DNA of 64,000 bases, from positions 96,001 to 160,000 of the forward strand of contig OZ223272.1 in NCBI GenBank assembly GCA_965140585.1, given 5' to 3'. Each line of letters begins with the position of its first letter. Position 1 is the first letter of the stretch. The notes beneath the pieces were generated by a model. The model was not told the DNA's origin. It ran no database searches and worked only from the letters and a program-made list of their open reading frames with translations. Origin of the DNA: Spirochaetia bacterium. Its GTDB lineage: Bacteria; Spirochaetota; Spirochaetia; UBA9216. A program made the translations under genes and the position numbers. Shown piece after piece: positions 55,927 through 64,000 of this stretch.

Positions 55927-57243
55927 ATGAATCAGAATAAATTGAATCTTGCACAAAAAGTACCTTTCTATTACGGCTGGATAGTAGTTCCGGTAGCAGT
56001 TATAGGTGTAATAATGACACTTCCCGGCCAGACCGCCGGATTCAGCGCATTTACTGAGCCTGTTCTGGCTCTATCGGGACTGGGACGAACCCAGCTTTCC
56101 TTCACATATATGGCCGGAACCATAACAAGCGGCTTCATACTTCCCTTTATGGGACCGCTGCTGGACCGTTTCGGAGCCCGATATTTCATGGGTTTTGCGA
56201 CGATAGGGCTCGGACTGGTGCTCTTTCTTTTAAGCCGTATTGATGTAAACGCAGCATGGCTCATGGGAGTCTTCCCTGATGCGCCTTCAGCTCTAATCTA
56301 TATTATCCTCCTTGTCCCCGGACTTTTCGGTATAAGATTCTTCGGACAGGGCCTTATGAGTATGACCTCAAATACAATGGTATCAAGATGGTTCAGCAGA
56401 TCCAGAGGAAAGGCAATTGCGGTTGTAGGCGTATTCAACAGCCTGGCCTTCGCCTCTGCTCCGGCAGTGCTAAATTCGATAGTTAATGCAGCAGGCTGGA
56501 AAAACGCATGGATGCTTCTTGCAATAACAGTCGGACTGGGAATGACAATGCTTGCTCTGCTTTTCTACCGGGACAGTCCGGAAGCCTGCGGGATACATGT
56601 TGAGGGTTCAAGCGACAGTAACCCGCTTGTGATTGACGGAACACCGCTTAAGCAGGCTCTCCGGACAAGAGCTTTCTGGGTGATTGCTGCTGCAGTGTCA
56701 ATCCATTCCTTTGTCTTCACCGGAATAACCTTTCATATTCAGGCTCTGGGAATTCAGTCGGGCTTATCCATTGAAAAAACAGTTTCCATATTTCTGCCTA
56801 TTTCATTCATCTCAATTCCGCTGAGTTTTCTGGGCTCATGGCTCAGCGACAGAATAAAGATCAAATATATTGTATTTTTTATGCTTGCAGGACAGATAAT
56901 CGGATTTGTATCGCTTTTCTTTTTCAATACATCCGCAGGATTTATTATGGCTATTGTCGGGCTTGGAATCGGTTCATCCATGTTCGGCCCTGTTAATGCA
57001 ACTGCCATGCCCGCCTATTTCGGAAGAAAGCATCTGGGCTCTATTAACGGAGTGCTGGTATCGGCCGGTGTTATTGCAAGCTCGCTGGGGCCGGTTTTTA
57101 TGTCTTTTATCAACGATATGACCGGAGCGCTCAGATACGGAGCTGTTATTGCCTCAGTGCTGCCTGTAATAGTGCTGTTTCTTGCGCTCGGGATGGAAAA
57201 TCAGCCTCGTTCAGATGCTCCGCTCAGACAGGGAGACCGGTAA
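55927..57243 (+). CDS. MFS transporter
   Basis: FYYGW, PGQT, GPLLDRFGAR, RFFGQG, RWFSRSRG, YFGRKHLGSI. Confidence 0.88.
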   Translation: MNQNKLNLAQKVPFYYGWIVVPVAVIGVIMTLPGQTAGFSAFTEPVLALSGLGRTQLSFTYMAGTITSGFILPFMGPLLDRFGARYFMGFATIGLGLVLFLLSRIDVNAAWLMGVFPDAPSALIYIILLVPGLFGIRFFGQGLMSMTSNTMVSRWFSRSRGKAIAVVGVFNSLAFASAPAVLNSIVNAAGWKNAWMLLAITVGLGMTMLALLFYRDSPEACGIHVEGSSDSNPLVIDGTPLKQALRTRAFWVIAAAVSIHSFVFTGITFHIQALGIQSGLSIEKTVSIFLPISFISIPLSFLGSWLSDRIKIKYIVFFMLAGQIIGFVSLFFFNTSAGFIMAIVGLGIGSSMFGPVNATAMPAYFGRKHLGSINGVLVSAGVIASSLGPVFMSFINDMTGALRYGAVIASVLPVIVLFLALGMENQPRSDAPLRQGDR

Positions 57244-60079
57244 TTTCGACTGTATACTCGCGGCCCAGAAAAACACTGGTTCCGTCGCTGGTGGCTGAAA
57301 TACGGTTTTCAACACTCCAATTAATCCCGGTTTCAGCAGTCCCGGCGGCAGCAGCATCTGTTCTTATGACTTCAGCCAGTTTTTCCTCCAGATAGTCACA
57401 AGCCTCGTCATAGTCATCAAACTGTTTCAGCTCGCCGGTTCCGTTCACAAGAAAGCCTCCTCCAGAGGCAGGGGAGACCGAAGCATCCCTGCGGACTGTA
57501 ACCATACTGCACACAGCTCCTACGGCGTTTGCGACATCCGCATCTTCGGGAATAACAAGATGGGAACCCAGCAGTTCTGACAAACCTTTTAAAAGCCATC
57601 CTGCCGCGGCACCTACACCAATCAGGTCGGTATTAAGGGACGGAGTCAGCGCGAGGGCTCTTGAGCCGCCTTTAAGCCTAGAGAGGAGGTTCCTGAATGT
57701 AGCGTTACCGGAGAGGTTTTCAGCCTCATCGCCGGGTATATCAAGTTCCTGAATTACAAGAGTACGCAGAAGGTTATCGGTTACAGATTTAAATACATCT
57801 GCAGTGAAAACCTCAGACTCGGTTCCCCATATTTCAGAATACAGCTCAAGCACCTGCTTCGATATTTCAGACGGCCATAAACTTACCTCACCGGAGGCAG
57901 TCAGCAGATCAGTCGGAGTCAGCCCGTAGCGCAGAATAACCGCCGAAGTCTCCAATCTTGCAGTATTAAGGATTTTCCACAACCCGTGGTTTATCCGGTG
58001 AGAAAGTTCCATTACCGAAAACGGACGTTCTGAAAGAATATCAATCATAGCGGTTTCTTCTTTTGTAAGTTCAAATTCCGGTTTTCTGCCGGTCAGGGCA
58101 AGGATTTCCATCGGTACAGTATTTACAAAGTAGTCGTACTGAAGACTGCTGATATATTCCACAGCATCCTCATGACCGGAAATTTCAAAAAGCCTCCCGA
58201 CAGGAGCAACGCGCCTTGGACCGGTTTTAAGTTCCCTGCTGTCGATGACAATACGACTGTCTCCGCCGGTACCAAGGGTAGCCATGTCTACTGCCTTGAT
58301 ATGCGTTTTCCACCTGCCAACTCTGGCGCCCTCTTCGGTCAGTCTTATCACGCCGTTTTTGATAAGTCCGATGTCAGAGGTTGTTCCGCCGACATCAATT
58401 ACAAGGGCGTCGGCACTTCCGGAGAGAAATCTTGCACCGGCAATACTTGCGGCAGGGCCTGAAAGCGTAGTTTCAATAGGGTGCTCAACCGCCCGTGCGC
58501 AGCTCATAAGCGAACCGTCGCCGCGGACTATCATTACCGAGCCTGATATCTGAAGCTCCGTCAGGGCTGCCTGCAGCTCCTTGATAAACTGTTCAAGAAG
58601 GGGAATAATTCCGGCGTTGAGAACCGCAGTATTTGCCCGCACAAAGAAATTAAGCGTGCTCGACAGTTCATGGCCGCAGCAGACGCCCAGCCCTGTTTCA
58701 TCCTCTATTATCTTCTTAATCTGCAGCTCATGGGCCGGGTTAACAGTGCTCCCGTAGCCGGAAACAGCAAAGGCACCGACCTGATCATTTTTAACAAGCT
58801 CAGAGGCAGCCGCCCTGATCTGCTGTGCATCAACTTTTTCAAGTTCATCACCCTGTATCGACAGCCTTCCCTTTACTTTTCTGTACGGAGAGTGTGAGAT
58901 CTGTTTTGCTGTAGCATCCCCCAGAGGCATAAGAAGCAGTCCTACTTTCTGGCCGGCATTTTCAACTATTGCGTTTGTAGCCAGAGTGGTTGAAACAACA
59001 GTTATTATTATCTGCGGCAGGAGTTCCGGCGGGAGCTTCTTAACCGCCTCAACGATTCCGAGGGTGTAGTTCCATCTTGTTGTAGGAGACTTTGCCCGGG
59101 CAATAACCTTACGGCTTTCGAAATCATATATGACAGCATCGGTATAGGTTCCGCCGGCGTCAATGCCGAGGCCTATCCCCTGGACTCTGGATTTAACACC
59201 ATCGACGGCATCGCCCGCACTGTACTCAGTGTCTCTGTTCTCAGTTCCGCTGTTCAAAGGTGCGCCTTTGCCAGGAACCGGACGGTCCCAGAGCTTTTTA
59301 CTGCCGCTGCCCGGGTCATAGGAATAGAGTCCGTATTTTAGCGGATCAAAGGCGGTGATGTGTCCAGGAGGAACTACAAGAATCTCATCATCGGTTGACT
59401 CGGTCTTCAGCATACGCAGAAAGAGATGGTCGCTGCCCTTTACCCTTTCAAACTTCCAGCCAAGTTCATCCGCAAGGTCTCTGGTATAATCCTCATATTC
59501 GCTGCTTTTCTCGGTTCCGGTCTCGATAAAAACCGACCGGGTGTAGTTCTTTTTCCATGAATTGAGAAATGAGTATATTTCCTCGGCATTATCCCTGCCG
59601 TATTTTCTCTTTATTGAATCAAATCCAGCGCTTATGTCCCAGTTGCCTTCAACAGGTCGGTCTCCGCGTTTTTTAACCGCCATGGGCTGGGTTTTATAAT
59701 CATACCAGCCCCGGGTCATATAAAAAGTTCCGGGATTCCCGGCAAACTGCTTACGGTATCTCTTATCTGAACCCAGAAACATGGCAATACAGTCATGAAC
59801 CCTCGGAATGATAAGCGGTATGCTGCCTGCAGTAATTCCGGTCGTTCCCCGGCCGCAGAGTCCGTAGCCTATGACAAGCGCATCATAATTACGGCCCTCA
59901 TTTTTCAGCTCTTCTGCACGGTCAATTGCCGCCTGAAGCTCAGAGTGCAGCACATGAGGCTGCTCATGCAATCCCGCTTCAAGGTATTCTTCATCTATCG
60001 TAACGCCTGCTCTTTCGGCTGCAGCCTTAAGCTCACTGTCCAGTACACTGCAGGCAATAATTCGTATATATCTTCCCAT
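57224..60079 (-). CDS. DUF1638 domain + hydantoinase/oxoprolinase (ASKHA) fusion protein
   Basis: IACSVL, GLH..P, GYGLCGRGT, HDCIAMFLGS; then GIDAGGTYTD, STTLATNA, SGPAAS, DVGGTTSD, GGDS, ANAVGA. Confidence 0.85.
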   Translation of the reverse strand: MGRYIRIIACSVLDSELKAAAERAGVTIDEEYLEAGLHEQPHVLHSELQAAIDRAEELKNEGRNYDALVIGYGLCGRGTTGITAGSIPLIIPRVHDCIAMFLGSDKRYRKQFAGNPGTFYMTRGWYDYKTQPMAVKKRGDRPVEGNWDISAGFDSIKRKYGRDNAEEIYSFLNSWKKNYTRSVFIETGTEKSSEYEDYTRDLADELGWKFERVKGSDHLFLRMLKTESTDDEILVVPPGHITAFDPLKYGLYSYDPGSGSKKLWDRPVPGKGAPLNSGTENRDTEYSAGDAVDGVKSRVQGIGLGIDAGGTYTDAVIYDFESRKVIARAKSPTTRWNYTLGIVEAVKKLPPELLPQIIITVVSTTLATNAIVENAGQKVGLLLMPLGDATAKQISHSPYRKVKGRLSIQGDELEKVDAQQIRAAASELVKNDQVGAFAVSGYGSTVNPAHELQIKKIIEDETGLGVCCGHELSSTLNFFVRANTAVLNAGIIPLLEQFIKELQAALTELQISGSVMIVRGDGSLMSCARAVEHPIETTLSGPAASIAGARFLSGSADALVIDVGGTTSDIGLIKNGVIRLTEEGARVGRWKTHIKAVDMATLGTGGDSRIVIDSRELKTGPRRVAPVGRLFEISGHEDAVEYISSLQYDYFVNTVPMEILALTGRKPEFELTKEETAMIDILSERPFSVMELSHRINHGLWKILNTARLETSAVILRYGLTPTDLLTASGEVSLWPSEISKQVLELYSEIWGTESEVFTADVFKSVTDNLLRTLVIQELDIPGDEAENLSGNATFRNLLSRLKGGSRALALTPSLNTDLIGVGAAAGWLLKGLSELLGSHLVIPEDADVANAVGAVCSMVTVRRDASVSPASGGGFLVNGTGELKQFDDYDEACDYLEEKLAEVIRTDAAAAGTAETGINWSVENRISATSDGTSVFLGREYTVEITGLPV

Positions 60080-60121
60080 GAGAAAATTATAATACGAGCT
60101 TTGTCAATTGGATTGGATTAT

Positions 60122-61552
60122 TCAGTCAGTATCTTGTAAATTATTGTCCGTTGTTATAAGCGGGAATATCACCCTGAAATCTGAACCCTGCCCCGGAGTA
60201 CTGAAGACCTCTGCCCGGCCGTCGTGTGCGGTGACTATAGCGTTTACAAGGCTAAGGCCCAGACCGAGACCGTTCATGGAGGATTTCCCCCTGTACAGGC
60301 GTTCCCATATTCTCGAAACATCCTCTTCGGCAATTCCTTCACCGTCATCTTTAACTGAAATAACAGCTTCATCAGAAACAGCGGAGACCGACACCATAAC
60401 TTCACCGCCGGATTTTCCGTATTTTACCGCATTATCAAGCAGATTGCCCGTAACCTGCCTGAAACGATCCTGATCTGCTGTAATCTCTCCGTCCCAGCTG
60501 TCATCTGAAATTGTTATCCGCATCCCGCGATCCTCGGCCAGGATGGAATAGACATCACTTGCCTCGCGGATAACATCAAGAGGTGCAAATCGGCTGAGAT
60601 TAAGACGCAGGGTTCCGGTTTCCGCCTCGGATATATCCATCAGCATGCTCATCATCCGAAGCAGGGTGTCGGATTCTTCGACCGCTTTTTCAAGTGCTGT
60701 CTGAAGCATTTCCGGATCGGCGGAGTGTCCGCCCGATAAGCTTAAAGCCTGTTCCGCAATCATCCTGAACCTTGTGATCGGCGTCCGCAAATCATGGGCA
60801 ACGGTATCAAGAGCACCCTTCATCCCGTTCACAAGGTTTTCTATTCTTTCAAGCATCCGGTTGAATGACAGAGACAGTTCATTCAGCTCGCTGCCGTTTG
60901 TTTCGATTTCAATACGCCGCTGGATTTTTCCGGTCATGATGATATCGGCCACTGTCGATTCAAGCCGCCGAACCGGTTTGAGGTATCGATATGAAATGAG
61001 AAATCCTGCTGCAAAGCTTACAAAAATCAGCACCAGAAAGGCGGCGACAAAGCTTTTTGACAGCATCTCCATAATCCGTCGCCGGGTTTCATCGCTTATA
61101 CCGACCTGAAGGAAATATCCGTCGGAAAGCCTTATGGTGCCTGTCTCCAGGATATACTTGTGTGAAGGTGAGCGCAGAACCTTGAAACTTCCCGGATCGG
61201 GCGGATCGCTTTCCAGTGTACTGAAGTTGAAACTCTCCCAGCGCTGAGGAGTTTCAAGAAGATAGGTGCTGTTAAACTCATCAGATATACGCACAAAAAA
61301 AGGCGCTTCTCCGGGAAGTATAGTATTAACATCAACACTCTCTGCAAGAAGATCCAGACCGCCGGACCGCTCAATAGCCCAGTATCCAAGAAGCCGGACC
61401 TGTAGACTTGTGCGGTCCTCCTGACGGAGTGTTGTGTAGATATAAATGAAAACAAAAAGATAGAGAACTATAGCGGTCAGCCAGAAAACCGCACCGAAGA
61501 TAGCGGTTAATTTGAGATTGCCGCGGAGGCTTTTATTTATCGCGGAAAACAT
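60122..61552 (-). CDS. Sensor histidine kinase (2 TM, HAMP, HisKA, HATPase), CusS/CpxA-like
   Basis: FNRML, AHDLRTPITR, NLLDNAVKY, DDGEGI, GLGLGLS. Confidence 0.92.
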   Translation of the reverse strand: MFSAINKSLRGNLKLTAIFGAVFWLTAIVLYLFVFIYIYTTLRQEDRTSLQVRLLGYWAIERSGGLDLLAESVDVNTILPGEAPFFVRISDEFNSTYLLETPQRWESFNFSTLESDPPDPGSFKVLRSPSHKYILETGTIRLSDGYFLQVGISDETRRRIMEMLSKSFVAAFLVLIFVSFAAGFLISYRYLKPVRRLESTVADIIMTGKIQRRIEIETNGSELNELSLSFNRMLERIENLVNGMKGALDTVAHDLRTPITRFRMIAEQALSLSGGHSADPEMLQTALEKAVEESDTLLRMMSMLMDISEAETGTLRLNLSRFAPLDVIREASDVYSILAEDRGMRITISDDSWDGEITADQDRFRQVTGNLLDNAVKYGKSGGEVMVSVSAVSDEAVISVKDDGEGIAEEDVSRIWERLYRGKSSMNGLGLGLSLVNAIVTAHDGRAEVFSTPGQGSDFRVIFPLITTDNNLQDTD

Positions 61553-62207
61553 AACCTACGCCGCGAATTGTATGAATGAGTTTCTTTTCTGATTCCCGGT
61601 CAACCTTGCTTCGAAGCCTTGAAACAAGAACATCAACAACATTGGTCTGGGGATCAAAGTCATAGTTCCAGATGTGCTCCATAATCATGGTTTTTGACAG
61701 TACCACATCCTTGTTGCGCATGAAATATTCAAGAAGCGAAAATTCTTTCGGATTGAGATCAAGATGTTCCCCATCCCGGATAACCTCTCTGGTAACTATA
61801 TTCAGCGACAGACCCGATGATTCAAGCAGGGTGGCTTCCGGCTTAATAGCTGAGCGTCTAAGCAGCGCCTGAAGGCGGGCAAGAAGTTCTGAAAAGGAAA
61901 ACGGCTTTACCAGATAGTCATCGCCGCCCTTCTGAAGACCGAGAACCCTGTCATCAACGGAACGTTTGGCGCTTAAAACCATGATGGGCAGATGATTTCC
62001 CGTACCGCGGAGCTGCTCGATGACAGAAATTCCGTCGATCCCCGGAAGCATGATATCAATTACAGCTGCATCAAACTCGCTGTTCTGCAGCATTGACAGG
62101 CCTTCCTCTCCGGTAAGCGAATGCTCAACTGTGTATCCGGCTTCCTTCAGTCCTTTTTTCAGGAAATCGGCTATAGTTTGGTCGTCTTCAATGATCATTA
62201 TACGCAT
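61533..62207 (-). CDS. OmpR-family response regulator (CusR/CopR-like)
   Basis: IEDD, DIMLP, DDYLVKPFSFSELLAR, WNYDFDPQTNVVDV, TIRGVGY. Confidence 0.93.
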   Translation of the reverse strand: MRIMIIEDDQTIADFLKKGLKEAGYTVEHSLTGEEGLSMLQNSEFDAAVIDIMLPGIDGISVIEQLRGTGNHLPIMVLSAKRSVDDRVLGLQKGGDDYLVKPFSFSELLARLQALLRRSAIKPEATLLESSGLSLNIVTREVIRDGEHLDLNPKEFSLLEYFMRNKDVVLSKTMIMEHIWNYDFDPQTNVVDVLVSRLRSKVDRESEKKLIHTIRGVGYVFRDK

Positions 62208-62272
62208 GAACTAAAGATATCATGAGAATCCTATTCTTTAAATATGACAATTAAACGAATATAGTTTATATT

Positions 62273-63385
62273 ATGATAATGCAGATAGTAGATTTGGCTC
62301 TGGATTTGGTTCTGACCCTTATTCCTTTTCTCATATGGTATTACAGGGGTCAGAGCAGGGATTTTTTCCCTTCGATGGAGGATGCGCCTCCTGAAAACAT
62401 ACTGCCTTCGGAAATAGGCTACCTCCTTACAGGTAAAACCTCGGACATGGAAATAGCAGTAATAATTCTGAACTGGGCGGAAAACGGTTACATCCGCATT
62501 CACAGCGGAGTTGATTTTCACATTCAGAAACTTAAAGACCTCCCCTACAATGCCCGGCAGTATGAAATTTATCTTTTTGACAACCTTTTCAACCGCTACG
62601 GCGACGGAGAGATTTTCAGAAGAGTTAACATCATCTCGGCAATCTACGGGCGGATACGCAGGACAAGGGGAAAGCTTGTCAAACATTTCACATCAAACCC
62701 CGAGTTCAGACTTTACTCTGCCGACAGTGCTAAAAACATTGTCCTGGTCGGATTTTTTGCACTTCTGCCGGTTGCAAAGCTGCTTATCATCGAGATGGTT
62801 CTGCTGCGCAATACATTCAGATTCGGCCCCGGAATAACAATATCCATAAGCGCCTTCATCCTTGTTGCGCTTTATTTTATCAGTTTTCTGCTTGCAAGAC
62901 CCAAACAGCTGCGTACAGATAAAGCCTGGCTTTTTATCATGTTTGCACTGATACTCAGTACAGGTCTTGCGATACTTCTAACTGCCTTCATGATCATCGG
63001 AGGCGGCACAAGCGGTTTCAGATATGTATTTTCTGTAATAACAGCGTTTATCATCACCATTGTAATGAACATGATGACCAGGATGACATCATACGGAGAG
63101 CAGCAGTACGAACATGCCCTGGGTTTCAGAAACTATATCCTGAACGCCAACGATGATGCGCTTAAGCAGTCATCTGAAAAAGACAGCAGTCTTTTCTTCA
63201 GGTTGATGCCCTACGCCGTTTCAATGAAAATTTCCAGGCAGTGGGCGAGACATTTTGATCCGATTGAACTGAAAGTACCGGACTGGATTGTGATACCCGG
63301 AAAAACATCGTTGACAGCAACTGATTTTGATCGTGAAATCATCAATCTGCTGCGCGGAATAAGAAAATCCTTCTTCAGGAAGTAA
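62273..63385 (+). CDS. DUF2207-like membrane protein lacking the N-terminal extracellular domain
   Basis: PPENILPSEIGYL, A.ILNWAENGYI, GFRNYI, LMPYA......W...F...PDW. Confidence 0.7.
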   Translation: MIMQIVDLALDLVLTLIPFLIWYYRGQSRDFFPSMEDAPPENILPSEIGYLLTGKTSDMEIAVIILNWAENGYIRIHSGVDFHIQKLKDLPYNARQYEIYLFDNLFNRYGDGEIFRRVNIISAIYGRIRRTRGKLVKHFTSNPEFRLYSADSAKNIVLVGFFALLPVAKLLIIEMVLLRNTFRFGPGITISISAFILVALYFISFLLARPKQLRTDKAWLFIMFALILSTGLAILLTAFMIIGGGTSGFRYVFSVITAFIITIVMNMMTRMTSYGEQQYEHALGFRNYILNANDDALKQSSEKDSSLFFRLMPYAVSMKISRQWARHFDPIELKVPDWIVIPGKTSLTATDFDREIINLLRGIRKSFFRK

Positions 63386-63386
63386 T

Positions 63387-64000
63387 ATGAAAAAGTTTAC
63401 AGCATTTCTTCTCATTTCGGCCGTAACAGTTTTATCTTTAGCGGCACAGACAAACCAGTTCCCCCCGGGAATGGACTGGAAAAAGATTGAAGCCGATAAT
63501 TTCACACTGATCTTTCCAGCTGATATGACTGATACGGCCATGGAAACAGCCCAATTATTCGACTACATATACGATACGGACGCTTACAGCCTCAAAACGA
63601 AACCCGGACGCTGGCAGGTTGTGCTGAACAATACCTACACGATAAGCAACGGCTATGTAGCATCCGCCCCCGAGCACTCAATGCTGTACAGTCTTCCGCC
63701 GCAGGGTTCAACACTCAGCGGAACATCAGACTGGCTTGAGTTTGTGTGGATTCATGAACTGCGGCATATTGTTCAGAATGAAAAACTCAACCGGGGGTTC
63801 ACAGCCTTTGCAGCCTTCCTCTTCGGGGAATACGGCTCAGCAGCCATGTCACATTTTGCAATACCCTCCTGGGTATGGGAGGGAGATGCCGTTATCACAG
63901 AAACCCTTCTCACGGACTCCGGACGTGGCAGGCTCCCAGGATTTGAACGCGGGCTGCGGACCCAGGTCTTAAGCGGCGAGGCTCCTGATTATTCACAGGC
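63387..64000 (+). CDS. 3'-truncated secreted protein with gluzincin-like metallopeptidase motif
   Basis: Not in the ORF track (no stop inside the window). Translates MKKFTAFLLISAVTVLSLAAQ...DWKKIE...HELRHIVQ...PSWVWEGDAV..ET....GRGR. Confidence 0.8.
   Translation, partial: MKKFTAFLLISAVTVLSLAAQTNQFPPGMDWKKIEADNFTLIFPADMTDTAMETAQLFDYIYDTDAYSLKTKPGRWQVVLNNTYTISNGYVASAPEHSMLYSLPPQGSTLSGTSDWLEFVWIHELRHIVQNEKLNRGFTAFAAFLFGEYGSAAMSHFAIPSWVWEGDAVITETLLTDSGRGRLPGFERGLRTQVLSGEAPDYSQ

Overview
Bacterial chromosomal window, probably from an anaerobic spirochaete. This is an inference from exported proteins with 'FAxGxxE'-type signal ends, the NusG-II/Gx-transporter pair and the gene content. In order: (1) the 3' part of an unusual ABC-ATPase/PAS/histidine kinase fusion, followed by an L-xylulose-type catabolic operon with a SorC regulator; (2) an SDR/LysR/MFS/SDR/flavin-oxidoreductase cluster split by a ~10.9 kb Thermotoga-type inositol island (iolG, iolN, iolO, iolM, sugar ABC transporter, GntR) bounded by an exact 18-bp direct repeat; (3) apbE-ubiD(mqnL)-ubiA(mqnP)...ubiX quinone/flavinylation genes, interrupted by an ArsR-type regulator and a decayed Amt-GGDEF fusion gene; (4) a defence island with type I R-M (hsdR, hsdM, hsdS) and a tightly coupled sce7726-like nuclease / sce7725-like / RES / RadC(JAB) cassette, headed by a GxxExxY nuclease gene between 48-bp direct repeats with a long hairpin; (5) a NitT/TauT ABC transporter encoded as two convergent halves, NusG-II/Gx transporter, FTR-glutaredoxin, a PLP decarboxylase, degP with a candidate 3'UTR anti-RBS sRNA, an MFS transporter, a DUF1638-hydantoinase fusion, a CusRS-like two-component system, and a secreted HExxH protein running off the end. 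I recognised no rRNA, tRNA, CRISPR array, integrase or transposase. All family calls come from motif recognition by eye, without database searches.
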